A stretch of DNA of 64,000 nucleotides from Nitrospirota bacterium (GTDB taxonomy: Bacteria; Nitrospirota; UBA9217). The stretch lies in the NCBI GenBank assembly GCA_963796285.1, contig CAWCKW010000003.1:64001-128000 (forward strand). The letters are read 5' to 3'. Position numbers and translations under genes: made by a program. The notes below the pieces were generated by a model that had not been told where the DNA came from, searched no databases, and worked only from the letters and a program-made list of their open reading frames with translations. Shown piece after piece: positions 50,260-60,707 of this stretch. The first letter of the stretch is position 1. The number at the start of each line of letters is the position of its first letter.

Positions 50260-51468
50260 CTACCCTAACCTTGGCAAAGCCGGTATAGCATAATTGAACC
50301 GCTTTGGTCTACCAATACCTGCGTTGTCGTTATGTTTTGCAGTTACTATTCCGCTGATTACCCCTGCTCGCGTCACTGCTGTCGCTTTGACGACCTTGAA
50401 CCTTGTCCCTTCATCAATCAATCCTTCAAAGCTGACGAGGCTTCCCCGCTGCATGGACCCGAAGGGTTCGTTCCCCGGGGTCGCGTCCTTATCCTGCCGC
50501 ATGACGAGCTTTCGTTCACCGGCGCCGCACAGATAGAACTCGATCTTCCCCTTCGAGACCAGCGGCTCACTCACCACCCGAAAGACATTCGGGCCGCAGA
50601 CATCCGACAAAGAGAGGCGGTCCTTGCGGAGGACCAGATAGGAGAACTTGAGGGAGTCCTTGCGGAGCCCCGTGAGTTTGTCGATCTCTTTCACGAGCGT
50701 GGGCGGGTCCCAGGGGATGTCCTCATGGCACCAGTCTTTGGGGTTCACGAGCGCGGGACACTTCGCGCTGGAGAGACACGGGGAATAGAGGTGAAAACCC
50801 TGCTCCAGGATGCCATCCCGGACCTCGAGCATCTCGCGCGAGGTTTCCCGCAGGGCCGGCTCAATGATAATGCAGCTGCCGTCGTCAGCAAGGGCTCTTT
50901 TCAAGATGTCCTGCAGCATGCCCACGCGCTTCCCGGTCCTTGCTTCATCGCGGGCAAACAACTCGTTCAAGACATTCGACAGGATGATCACGTCAAAATG
51001 TCCGTGCAAAATATTTCCCAGCCCTGTGATGTCGGACTGGATTGTTTTCAATGACGCCTCGAGCGGATATGCTCTTCTGGAGGATAAAAAAAGCTCCTCG
51101 GCCATCTTCAAATTGCCCGCCACCTGATCAACCGCCGTAATCTCAAGCTGCGGCTTCCGTGCCTGCTTCGAGAAAAAAGTCAGCACACCGAGCGAGGCGG
51201 TGCCGGGACCGGCGCCGATGTCGAGGACCCGGAGCTTTGCTTTTGCGAACACATCGCGGGGATGAAGGCACAGCTCCTGAAGCGGTTTGTGGATCTTGGA
51301 GAGGTTTGATGGCAGAAAATAGGCCCGGTATGCTTTTCTAAGTCCCTCGTCCTTGAGGTAGGCTGCGGGAAGGCCTTCACGCTCCCGGGTGAGCAGCGTT
51401 GAAAGCCTTGCTACATCCGCTGCAAGGGAGCGCAGCTCATCGTGTGATAGTTCCGGCGATATGTTCAT
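50260..51468 (-). CDS. Rsm22/METTL17-family SAM-dependent methyltransferase
   Basis: AYRAYFLP, LDIGAGPGT, IIEPA, SPCLSSAKCP..DWCH, KFSYLVL, LCG. Confidence 0.8.
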   Translation of the reverse strand: MNISPELSHDELRSLAADVARLSTLLTREREGLPAAYLKDEGLRKAYRAYFLPSNLSKIHKPLQELCLHPRDVFAKAKLRVLDIGAGPGTASLGVLTFFSKQARKPQLEITAVDQVAGNLKMAEELFLSSRRAYPLEASLKTIQSDITGLGNILHGHFDVIILSNVLNELFARDEARTGKRVGMLQDILKRALADDGSCIIIEPALRETSREMLEVRDGILEQGFHLYSPCLSSAKCPALVNPKDWCHEDIPWDPPTLVKEIDKLTGLRKDSLKFSYLVLRKDRLSLSDVCGPNVFRVVSEPLVSKGKIEFYLCGAGERKLVMRQDKDATPGNEPFGSMQRGSLVSFEGLIDEGTRFKVVKATAVTRAGVISGIVTAKHNDNAGIGRPKRFNYAIPALPRLG

Positions 51469-51634
51469 GGATCAAACGATTGCTCAGCGTTAAAACGTAG
51501 TGTGGAATTGACCGACAAGATTCAGAACGAAAAAGAGGCACGCCGATTATCTGACGGTGCACCTTTCGCGAAGTACCATGCACGACATGTTGCCGCTCCA
51601 ACCATTGTTCAACCGCCCATCGCCCCGCTTCCGA

Positions 51635-52114
51635 CTACTCAACAATGGTGACGGCCATACCGCTCCCCTGGGCAACGATCTTGCTCGAAACACTGCCGAT
51701 CAGCGGATGTTTTCCCGAGGTGATGCTGCGCCGGCCCACCACGATCGTCCCATAGCCGCCGTCCTTTGCTTCTTCAAGAATGCTCTCGGCCACGTCCGTT
51801 GAATCGGAGAGCGACTTCGTCGTAATTTGCTGGGGCTTCATGCCTTTGCCGGTCAGTGTATCAATGGCCTTCTTGAACGCCGGCGCCATTTTGGCCTTCC
51901 GGTCGGCGATCCACTTGTCCACGACCTTTTTCCGGTCCTTCTTCTCTTCCTCCGACAGGATGTGGCCTTCGTCCCAGAATATGGCCGGCAGGTTCGGCAG
52001 CACGTGCACCAGCCCCACCTCAAGGTCCGCGGCCCCGGCGAACTGCTGTGCCACGTATTCTACGGCCTTGGTTGCATTCGGTGAATCGTCGATAGCTATG
52101 AGCATCTTCTTCAT
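51635..52114 (-). CDS. Universal stress protein
   Basis: MLIAIDDS, IVVGRRS, IGSVSSKIV. Confidence 0.9.
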   Translation of the reverse strand: MKKMLIAIDDSPNATKAVEYVAQQFAGAADLEVGLVHVLPNLPAIFWDEGHILSEEEKKDRKKVVDKWIADRKAKMAPAFKKAIDTLTGKGMKPQQITTKSLSDSTDVAESILEEAKDGGYGTIVVGRRSITSGKHPLIGSVSSKIVAQGSGMAVTIVE

Positions 52115-52283
52115 GGTTAGCCTCCCAAAAGGACATCCGTTTCTATTTCATTTATAGCATACTTTTGGAAAATATGGATTCTCTTTTTTTTACTCTCAAG
52201 GGAGTATGCCCTCTTACCGCAGCAAAACGACAAAGAAATAGGGGATGATCTTTTCATCATCCCCTCTGATCCACTGGAAACGC

Positions 52284-53390
52284 TTACCGCGTCTTTACCG
52301 GCTCGTAAGTGCAAAATGGCTCTGAGGCAAGATAGTCGCCCGAAATGGCGAACGCCCGCGCGCGGCAGCCGCCGCAAACCTTGCGGTATTCGCAGATGCC
52401 GCATTTGCCGTGGTAGTGGTCGAGGTCGCGCATCTCTTTAAAGAGTTGCGACTCGTTCCAGATCTTCGAGAAAGGCTCCTTGGTGATGTCCCCTGCCTCT
52501 TCTTCGAGGAATCCGCAGATCTGCACCTTGCCCACGTGGGATACGAATGCGAAGCTCTGGCCGCCCATACAGCCCTTGGTCATGGCATCGAAGCCATGGG
52601 ACTCGGGCGTGACGGTCTTGCCCTTTTCCTTCTCTCCCTGGCGGAAGATACGGTAGTAGTGCGGAGCGCAGGTGGGCTTGAACTGGATCGGCACCTTATC
52701 GCGCATCTCGTAGAACCACTTGAGCGTGCTCTCGTATTCCGCGGGTGGGATCTCCTGGTCTACGAGGTCCTTGCCGCGGCCCGTTGGCACGAGCAGGAAC
52801 GGATGGTACGCCACGGCTCCCAGTCCGATCACCATCTCGAGGAGCTTCGGCAGGTCCTTCACGTTATGTTTCGTGATGGTGGTATTCACCTGGAACTCCA
52901 TGCCGACCTTCTTGAAGTTCTCGATGGCCTTCATCACGCTCTCGAACGCGCCTTCCACCCGCCGGAAATTATTGTGCTGCTCCGCGGTCAGCCCGTCGAT
53001 CGAGAGCGACACGCGCATGATGCCGGAGTCCTTCATCTTCTGCGCAAGCTCCTCGGTCACCAAAAGGCCGCAGGGCGCCATGACCATGCGCAGACCGAGC
53101 TTGGTCCCATGCTTGGCGATATCGTAAATGTCGGCGCGCATCATGGGCTCGCCGCCGGTCAGGATGATGATAGGGTCGCTGAAGGACTTGACGTCATCGA
53201 GAAACTTGTACGCGTCCTCGGTCGAGAGCTCGCCCGGGTAGGGACCGTACCTGGCTGCGGCGCGGCAGTGGACGCAGTTCAGGACGCAGCTGCGTGTCAC
53301 CTCCCATGCGATCAGCCGGGGGAGATATTTTTTTTCGCCGCCGGGGTGGCCGTGGCCATGGGGCGCTTTCATGGTATGGGGATGGGTCAT
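52284..53390 (-). CDS. ahbD: Radical SAM/SPASM heme b synthase (alternative heme biosynthesis)
   Basis: IAWEVTRSCVLNCVHC, FLLVPTGRG, TCAPHYYRI, GCMGG, CGICEY..CGGCRARA. His-rich N-terminus. Confidence 0.85.
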   Translation of the reverse strand: MTHPHTMKAPHGHGHPGGEKKYLPRLIAWEVTRSCVLNCVHCRAAARYGPYPGELSTEDAYKFLDDVKSFSDPIIILTGGEPMMRADIYDIAKHGTKLGLRMVMAPCGLLVTEELAQKMKDSGIMRVSLSIDGLTAEQHNNFRRVEGAFESVMKAIENFKKVGMEFQVNTTITKHNVKDLPKLLEMVIGLGAVAYHPFLLVPTGRGKDLVDQEIPPAEYESTLKWFYEMRDKVPIQFKPTCAPHYYRIFRQGEKEKGKTVTPESHGFDAMTKGCMGGQSFAFVSHVGKVQICGFLEEEAGDITKEPFSKIWNESQLFKEMRDLDHYHGKCGICEYRKVCGGCRARAFAISGDYLASEPFCTYEPVKTR

Positions 53391-53927
53391 GAAGACTCCT
53401 TACACAATATGCTCAAAGTTCCATAGCTGAGAATGAAATCAATATCGAGTGACAATAGATCAAAAGGAAGACAGATATGCTCCCATTTTATACGTGATTT
53501 CACTTTGAACATTGAGCATTGTCATTTGAAATTTCGCTGCGCTTTTGCAGTCGTATATTAACCAATAAGAGGGTATTAGTCAACTCCCAATAGTGCTCTC
53601 AATAGCCCTTCATAGTCCCCTTGATTTCGCTAAAGCCCAGCATGTTTATGTGTGGGTCTCCAAAAAAGTTGGGTTATTACACTACACTGTCAACTTAGTA
53701 GCAGGTATGCCCATTACTGCCTTTTACATCTCTGTTGTATCATTGATCATTGATATCCCGATTCACCAGCCTTTTTTCCAACAACCATTCCTGCTGGTGA
53801 TATAATTTAATCAGAAGATGTTTTCGGAAAGTGAGGTAGGGGGCGAGGGATGAAAATAGTAGCCCGCAGTGAAGAACGGCAGTTGCAACCATTCTGAAAC
53901 GATGTGCAAAAGAAAGAGGTGATGGTT

Positions 53928-54473
53928 ATGAAAGAGGAAACCACAAATAGGAAACGCTCCATCCTGAAGCCGGTCCTGATGGGCAGCGCAGTAGGGGCAG
54001 GTATAGCTCTCCTGATTGCGCCGAAATCGGGAAAGGGGATCAGGAAAGATCTGAAGCGGTTCGCAGCGAACACGCGGGACCAAATTGCCGATGTCATTGA
54101 CGAAGGCAGGGACCTCTATGAAGAAGGCACGGATTTTGTCGCTGGAGCCATAAAGACGGGCAAGGAAACATACACCGAAGGAACGAAAGGGATTCAGAGG
54201 CTCATTTATAAAAAAGAGCGGTCGCTCATGGCGCCCATCCTGGCAAGCGGTGTCATCGGGGCGGGCATCGCACTCCTGCTGGCGCCGAAAGCGGGAAGGA
54301 AGGTCAGAGGAGACCTGAAGAGGATCGCCGCGAACACGCAGGACAAGATCGCTACCGCTATTGACAAGGGCAAGGCCCTATACACAGAGGGGAGAAAAGG
54401 CATACTTGAAGCCGTGGAAGCGGGCAAGAAAGCGTATGTGCATGAGAAAGGGAAGTTCCGGCATGCGATGTAG
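53928..54473 (+). CDS. Protein with two tandem YtxH-like domains
   Basis: GAGIALLIAPKSGKGIRKDL and GAGIALLLAPKAGRKVRGDL. Confidence 0.8.
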   Translation: MKEETTNRKRSILKPVLMGSAVGAGIALLIAPKSGKGIRKDLKRFAANTRDQIADVIDEGRDLYEEGTDFVAGAIKTGKETYTEGTKGIQRLIYKKERSLMAPILASGVIGAGIALLLAPKAGRKVRGDLKRIAANTQDKIATAIDKGKALYTEGRKGILEAVEAGKKAYVHEKGKFRHAM

Positions 54474-54558
54474 CGGAATGTACTGTTACGAGCGTCTTGC
54501 GGCATAAGGTGTGCGCTTAAAGATTCAGAGAGCCCTGTTCGGGCGGCTTATGAGTGAC

Positions 54559-54590
54559 AAGGCATTGGCATGAAAGCTGATGCCTTTTTT
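54559..54590 (+). terminator. Terminator after the YtxH gene
   Basis: AAGGCATTGGC-ATGAAA-GCTGATGCCTT followed by a T run. Confidence 0.6.
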
Positions 54591-54891
54591 ATAGGAAGGC
54601 AAGGTTGGAGGTATCGGGGAAGCGGTCTGGCCGGACCCCGGAATTGACATTCCCTCACGGAAGGTCAACGGATCCGCTTTACGCCTTTCTATCCAGCGTC
54701 CTGATCCCGGTATTTATTCAATGTTCACGTGTTTGAGCTCCGGCAGATCCGATTTTTCATCATGCTCCCCCTGCCGCCCTATCCAAAAGGCAGATTGTTC
54801 CCCGGTCACAGATGCGCGCCTTGCCTGTTGCATACGAAAAAAAAGCCCCCCGCTTGCGCGAAGGGCACCCTCAAATACCGTATTGCTGCGG

Positions 54892-55419
54892 TTATTTTAT
54901 GACACCGCAGGCAATCCTGCCTCCGCCACCCCCGAGTTTTTCAGGAACATCGGCGTAATTGTCGCCCCCTGCATGGATCATGAGCGAACGGCCTTTCACG
55001 TCCCCGGTCTTGAGGCGTGGCGCGACCATCGTGTCCGTCGCTTTGCCATCGGCCCCGACTTTCAGGAAGGGCAGATCGCCCAGGTGGCCCTTGCCAGCGG
55101 GACCTTCATGCTTGCCCGCGCCTGCGGGGTCGTAGTGGCCACCCGCTGCAAACCCGGGCGCCGGCTTTCCGTCCTTCATACCGACCGCGCACTCGGGCTT
55201 CTCATGGACATGAAACCCGTGGTTACCGGGCATCAATCCGCTCAGGGCCGGTGCGAGCTTGAGCCCTTGCGGCGTGTCCGTGAGCGTGACGGTCCCGATC
55301 GAGGCCCCCACCCCCTGATCGCTGATCAGGTTCATCTGGACCACGATCTCTTCGGCCGAAGCGGAGCCGGCCAGTACCAGCAAAGCAACGATCATAGCTA
55401 CATACACTGCGTATCTCAT
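54892..55419 (-). CDS. sodC: Periplasmic Cu/Zn superoxide dismutase
   Basis: Signal peptide, HGFHVHE, GGHYDP, KHEGP, GHLGDL, MIHAGGDN, GGGGRIACGVI. Confidence 0.95.
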   Translation of the reverse strand: MRYAVYVAMIVALLVLAGSASAEEIVVQMNLISDQGVGASIGTVTLTDTPQGLKLAPALSGLMPGNHGFHVHEKPECAVGMKDGKPAPGFAAGGHYDPAGAGKHEGPAGKGHLGDLPFLKVGADGKATDTMVAPRLKTGDVKGRSLMIHAGGDNYADVPEKLGGGGGRIACGVIK

Positions 55420-55586
55420 GAAAAAACCTCCTTTAAAAGAAAGTTCGACCACATCAGGAGCAGGCCGTTTTATGGATCAATTATATCAGAAAAGTCCGGG
55501 GCCGGGATGAAGCGGTTGGATTATTTCACGTAGCCGGATATGACCGAAAACCTCTCGAACCATTGCTATGCAACGAAATAGGCACC

Positions 55587-56444
55587 TCAGGGTTTTCTGC
55601 GCTCAAGTTCTGCAATGATCTGGGCTCCCAGTAAAATAATAACAGCTATCGCCTCTAAACTGAGCAGGGCCACCACTGACGTAGCAAAAGAACCGTAGAT
55701 TACATTTACCGCAGAGAGGACTGAGTAATACCAGACCAACACACGGCGGGTGATCTCCCATAAAACCGTCGCGATCGTCCCTCCCAAAAGAGCGTGCCGG
55801 AACGTGATGCGCACCGCGGGCATGACCAGATAGAAGGAAGTCAGAAGCAATACCTCGCCAAGTATCCCGATCAGATACAGCACAACGAAGGAAGTGCCCT
55901 CAATGCTGAGGCCCCATCCAAATATGACTAACTGCCTGCCGTTGTGAGTCTCCATGGCACCCGCAATAAACGACACCAGCAGGATACCCAGGCCGATCAA
56001 AAAAATATATACGTATGGAATAATGAGGGACAGGAGAAAGTGCCGGTGTTGAGTTCTGAAACGATGAAAAAATATCACTGACATGGCGCTTTCGAGCACG
56101 GTAAAGGATATGGAACCGAAAAAGAGCATGGCCAGAAAGACAAAACTCCCGACCGTCTTACCGTGTTCAAGAAATACCTGCACTTGTTCGGTCAATGTAG
56201 CTGCATAGCCCGGTATTATCATTCCTATATATGTCGACAAGGTGTAATATAACTGGGCCTTCTCTATAAAATGTGACAGCACAATGAGGGCGAGGACCGA
56301 CAGGGGTACAATTGACAGCAGGGTATAATAGGCGATGGCTCCGGCAAGCAAGAGACCCTGATTGCGTCTGAAATCATGCAATACACTGATGAGGAAACCA
56401 ACGAGCCGATTGAGGAGCAAATATATATTTTTATGCTTTTTCAT
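55587..56444 (-). CDS. YihY/BrkB-family inner membrane protein
   Basis: LAGAIAYYTLLSIVP, LWE, IYGSF, ILLGAQI. Confidence 0.88.
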   Translation of the reverse strand: MKKHKNIYLLLNRLVGFLISVLHDFRRNQGLLLAGAIAYYTLLSIVPLSVLALIVLSHFIEKAQLYYTLSTYIGMIIPGYAATLTEQVQVFLEHGKTVGSFVFLAMLFFGSISFTVLESAMSVIFFHRFRTQHRHFLLSLIIPYVYIFLIGLGILLVSFIAGAMETHNGRQLVIFGWGLSIEGTSFVVLYLIGILGEVLLLTSFYLVMPAVRITFRHALLGGTIATVLWEITRRVLVWYYSVLSAVNVIYGSFATSVVALLSLEAIAVIILLGAQIIAELERRKP

Positions 56445-56609
56445 TGAAGGGATAAAAGAGCTAAAGATAAAAAGTAATTTGATGTGGGCATGATCAAGGA
56501 GAGAGAGCCGGATCTCTCTGCTCTTGTCCGCACTGTCGAGAAGAACGCCTAGTTACCGCTCTCCAGGACTTTTTTAAATTATAGCAGAAGATCCACGAAG
56601 GGGTGCGTG

Positions 56610-57865
56610 TCATTCCTCCAGCTCAGGCGTTCTATCGTTCGAGGACCGGCTGTTTTCACGGGCATACCCGGTCATTCCCATCATCAATCGCACTAAACCA
56701 TAACTGAGCCAGCTCATGAACCGGAAATAAGCGGTCTGCTGTTTCCAATTGTCCTTCAAGATCCGCTGGCCATCGGTTTCCATGGTCTGTTTCAGGCTTG
56801 TGCGCCAGAGTCGCGCCAAAGGCTTCGTCGTCAACAACGACATTCGCTTCGCGTGAAAGCAGCAGGCTGTATGGATCGATATTCGAAGACCCCACCGTCG
56901 CCCAATGCCCGTCGATCACCGCCACTTTGGCGTGCAGAAAGCTCTTGCGGTATTCGTAAATTTCAATTCCCCCATCGAGGAGATTGCCGTAGAGCGCCCG
57001 CGTTGCATAATGCTGGAGAAGATATTCCACCCTCCCCTGCAGCAATAATACCACCCGTACACCACGTCCGGCCGCGTTGATAAGCGCATGACGAAAATCG
57101 AGCCCCGGTAAAAAGTAGGCATGGGCGAGAATGATCTCGGATTCCGCCTGCTCGATCGCCCGCATATACGCCGTTTCAATGTCCCGGCGATGGCGGAAAT
57201 TGTCCCTCACCACGAATGCCGCGCTCATGCGCCCCCCGGTGGAGGTTGAACCAGGCAGGTCCCCGCCCCGGATCAGTCCCTTTGCGGAAATAACTCCACG
57301 CCACCGTTGACCACAGGCGCCGGGCGGAAAGGCGGATCACGTCCACCAGCGGCCCTTCCACGGCCACTGCGTAGTCGTAGCGAGGGGGCAGGTCGCCCGC
57401 CGCCCCTCGATCATCAATAATGTTGATCCCCCCGACAAAGGCGATCTCCCGGTCTACGACCGCGATTTTCCGGTGCATCCGGCGCAGGCGCTTGCGGCGA
57501 AACGTCCAGGGGGATATCTTGGGGCGGTAGACGAGCGCCTTCACCCCGTCTGTCCGCAAGTTGTCCAGCATGCTCCGCGGCAGGTCCTTGGACCCGTAGC
57601 CGTCGATCAGCACATAAACGTTTACGCCGCGCAGGGCAGCCCGCTTCAGCGCGTCCGCGATCCGTTGTCCGGTGGCGTCATTTTCGTAAATATACGTTTC
57701 AAGATAGATATCATACCTTGCCCGGTCGAACGCCGCCTCGATGGCGGGGAAAAAGGCCTCTCCGTTCTGCAACAGGGTAATCTGATTGCCCGGAACAAAG
57801 CCGGACAAGCTCGCGGGTCGGACTGCATGATACAAACTATGGCTATGTCGTTTCCCATGGGACAT
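56610..57865 (-). CDS. clsB: Cardiolipin synthase (two PLD HKD motifs), frameshifts near 57270 and 56805
   Basis: GNQITLLQNG, MHRKIAVVD, LHAKVAVID..VGSSNID, spread over three ORFs. Confidence 0.88.
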
Positions 57866-57927
57866 AACACACTTACCTGTCTCTTTGATAGTTATGAGAG
57901 TGCAAGCTTTCGGCGGGAGAATTCAAA

Positions 57928-58800
57928 TCATAGTGATGCGATCCCCAGATACTTCATCGGGTTGTCCGCCGCAAACTGGATCGCCCGCTCCTTCGGCACG
58001 CCGAGCGTGATCAGGTTCTTCACCGCGTCCGCCAGCGCAATGCCGCTCCCCATAAGAGTGCCGCCAGCGCCCCGGATAGGGCCGCTTCCCCACTTCGGCC
58101 CTTTGACCGAATCGGAAATGAGGATGATCTTGTCAGGCGATTTCATATCCAACAGCATTTTGAGGCTCTGCGGGTGAAGATGGGCCATGTCCGCGATGAC
58201 CTCCACATGGATGTCCTCGTCCATGAGCCCGAACCCGGCAAGCCCGGGTTCCCGGTGGTGGAATCCGCGCATGGCGTTGAACACGTGGGTGATGCCGGTG
58301 GCGCCGGCGCGTTTGCCCTCCTCGGCCTGTTCAAAGGACGCATCGCTGTGGCCCATGTGAACGAGGAACCCTTTTTCGCGGCATAGCTCGATCACCCGGA
58401 GCGCGCCCGGAAGCTCCGGGGCAATGGTGATGATCTTGATGAGGTCCTCGAAGTCCTCGACAAGCCGCGAGAGCGTATCCACCGAAGGCTCAACAAAGCT
58501 TTTTCCGTCCATAGAGGCCGCTCGCTCGGGATTCAGGAACGGCCCTTCAAGATGGACACCGAGGATCCGGGCGCCTTCGCGCTGTATATCCATGGCGCGC
58601 CGCACCGCGGCCATGTTCTCGCGCATGGCCTCGATGGTGCCGGGATAGATGGTTGGAAGGATCGCCGATGTTCTGTGCGTCCCGTGAATTTCTGCCATCC
58701 GGAGGATATCATCCTGCCGCCGCGTCCGCGTGTCGTAATCACCCGCGCCGTGCACATGGATGTCGATCAGATACTGTTTGTTCCCGACTGCGTAGGCCAT
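57928..58800 (-). CDS. nagA: N-acetylglucosamine-6-phosphate deacetylase (short form)
   Basis: IDIHVHG, GVHLEGPF, TIAPE, GHSDA, THVFNAM, IADMAH, ISD. Confidence 0.88.
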   Translation of the reverse strand: MAYAVGNKQYLIDIHVHGAGDYDTRTRRQDDILRMAEIHGTHRTSAILPTIYPGTIEAMRENMAAVRRAMDIQREGARILGVHLEGPFLNPERAASMDGKSFVEPSVDTLSRLVEDFEDLIKIITIAPELPGALRVIELCREKGFLVHMGHSDASFEQAEEGKRAGATGITHVFNAMRGFHHREPGLAGFGLMDEDIHVEVIADMAHLHPQSLKMLLDMKSPDKIILISDSVKGPKWGSGPIRGAGGTLMGSGIALADAVKNLITLGVPKERAIQFAADNPMKYLGIASL

Positions 58801-58901
58801 GGGGACCTCACGTGAATAGTGCGCTATGCAACAGGCAAAATGCAAAAACCCGCTTCTTTATTTTGGAAGTTACACTTTGAAATTTGCAATTTGAACTGAT
58901 T

Positions 58902-59144
58902 CTACGTGATCTTCCCCCGCCGCGAGAAAAATTCGCTCAGGGCAAGCCGGACCACGGCCCCACGGTCCCAGGGCTGTTTCAGCTCCTTCGTGAGTTCTGC
59001 GGCCACCTCATCCAGCGCCGGAATATGTTCATCCTCAAGCTGGATCGTGACCTCCACCAGTCCGTGCTCGTGCTCCTCCTGCTCATCATGTCCGTGTCCG
59101 CAGTGTTCATCGTGCTTGTGTGCGTGGTCGTGCTTGTCGTCCAT
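58902..59144 (-). CDS. Small His-rich ribbon-helix-helix-like protein
   Basis: MDDKHDHAHKHDEHCGHGHDEQEEHEHG, then VEVTIQLEDEHIPALDEVAAE..DRGAVVRLALSEFF. GAGG RBS. Confidence 0.7.
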   Translation of the reverse strand: MDDKHDHAHKHDEHCGHGHDEQEEHEHGLVEVTIQLEDEHIPALDEVAAELTKELKQPWDRGAVVRLALSEFFSRRGKIT

Positions 59145-59299
59145 ACGATACCTCAAAAAATGCCAACGTTTTATGCTCAAATACGGGACACATAGAAAAC
59201 AAAATAAATTTCAGCGAACCGTTGATCATTGTCGTTTGCTTTGACATTTGGATTTTGATATTTGAACGTCTCTGTACATCCGTGTCTCCGCGGCATACC

Positions 59300-60277
59300 T
59301 CACAAGAGCACCCTCATCATCGCCGGCATCGTAAAGAACAGCGCCACGGTCGAGACGGTGATGCATGCGGCCGCGAGCGGCACATCCAGCTCGAACTCGT
59401 CGGCGATCACGAGCGAAAGCACCATCACCGGCATCGCGCCCTCAATGGTGGTCGCCTTGAGCACCCCGGCCGTCATCCCGAGCCGCGAACCGATCCACCA
59501 CGCCAGGGCCGGTGCAAGCACCAGTTTGATCGCAAGCGCGGGTACGGCTATCAGAAGCCGCTTCACGTCATGGAAATCGAGTGCCAGACCCACGGTGAAG
59601 ATCATGATCGGGACCACCGCCCTGCCCATGAGCCCAACAGCATCCTGTACCGGCTGCGGTACTGCGACCCCGGCGAATCGGACTGCTATACCCGCGGCCG
59701 CCCCCCAGAGGGGCGGGAGCAGGAACACGCGCTTGAGCGATGCGCCGATGGACACGGCCTTGCCGCTCCCGTACCGCGCGGCGATGAACACCCCGATCGT
59801 CAGCAGGATCGGTGTTGACGCGAGCAGATCGTAGAGGACCGCCACATAGCCATACTGTTCGCCGAGCATCTCGGTGATGACCGGAAGTCCCAGATACATC
59901 ACGTTGCCGAACGCGGCGGAGATGATCATGATCCCGACAGCGGGACGCGGTATATCCTTGAACCACGGCAGCAGCCGATAGGCCGCAAATCCGGCAGCGA
60001 TGGACGCCAGGACGACGAGTGCCCCGGTCAGCGGGATGGAAATGAAGCTCCGGTCGCTCGGGGCGCTCGCCATCAGGCCAAAGGCCAGCGCGGGAATAAA
60101 GAAATTGAACACCGCCACGCTGAGCGCATGACGCACCCGGTTACGGTCAAGCCCGCCGGGGTTGAAGAACCTCCACGCGTACCCCGCCGCGATGATTAGA
60201 CCGAATGAGTACAGGACCTTATTGATACCAGCTCCTTGCCGTTCATAATAACAAGCCTCTGCCGCGTCCGGCGACAT
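59300..60277 (-). CDS. AEC (auxin efflux carrier/malate permease) family transporter
   Basis: FIPALAF, FGNVMYLGLP, PPLWG, KLVLAP, EGAMP. The start may be at 60226. Confidence 0.88.
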   Translation of the reverse strand: MSPDAAEACYYERQGAGINKVLYSFGLIIAAGYAWRFFNPGGLDRNRVRHALSVAVFNFFIPALAFGLMASAPSDRSFISIPLTGALVVLASIAAGFAAYRLLPWFKDIPRPAVGIMIISAAFGNVMYLGLPVITEMLGEQYGYVAVLYDLLASTPILLTIGVFIAARYGSGKAVSIGASLKRVFLLPPLWGAAAGIAVRFAGVAVPQPVQDAVGLMGRAVVPIMIFTVGLALDFHDVKRLLIAVPALAIKLVLAPALAWWIGSRLGMTAGVLKATTIEGAMPVMVLSLVIADEFELDVPLAAACITVSTVALFFTMPAMMRVLL

Positions 60278-60458
60278 CCCGGAAACCGCATAAACATTTT
60301 ACCTGCTTTTAAAAAAAGATACCAGCAAATGTTTCTGCTTTGGACGCCACGAAGTAGACGGATGTCTTTGACAAATGCGCTCGCTTTGACCTATAATAGC
60401 GGACGAGAACGGGTACCCAAGGGCCCGGTTGGCCAATTCATTGTGCGGAGGTCAAAGA

Positions 60459-60707
60459 ATGTACCAGTTATGGATCGCAATAATCGCCGTGCTTATCATG
60501 GCAGGAGGATTGGGAGGCATCTACTATCTCATCATTAAGCAGAACGCGGTGATCGGGACCAAAGCCTTACAGTTCATTGCAATTGTGTTCGTTCTGCCCC
60601 TGATGCTCGCGCTTGGTGTGACAAACGTCATAGGCAGAGAGACCATCGGCCCGCTCATTGGTGTCATAATAGGATACGTGTTGGCCACCGGATTCAGCCA
60701 TGAGTAG
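60459..60707 (+). CDS. Small three-TM membrane protein
   Basis: MYQLWIAII..., GGAGG RBS, and an upstream TTGACA-18-TATAAT promoter (about 60368-60397). Confidence 0.65.
   Translation: MYQLWIAIIAVLIMAGGLGGIYYLIIKQNAVIGTKALQFIAIVFVLPLMLALGVTNVIGRETIGPLIGVIIGYVLATGFSHE

Noticed and set aside
52284-53390. Radical SAM/SPASM enzyme as a RiPP maturase
   Set aside because: The sequence closely follows AhbD heme synthase motifs, and there is no adjacent precursor peptide, PqqD domain or transporter.
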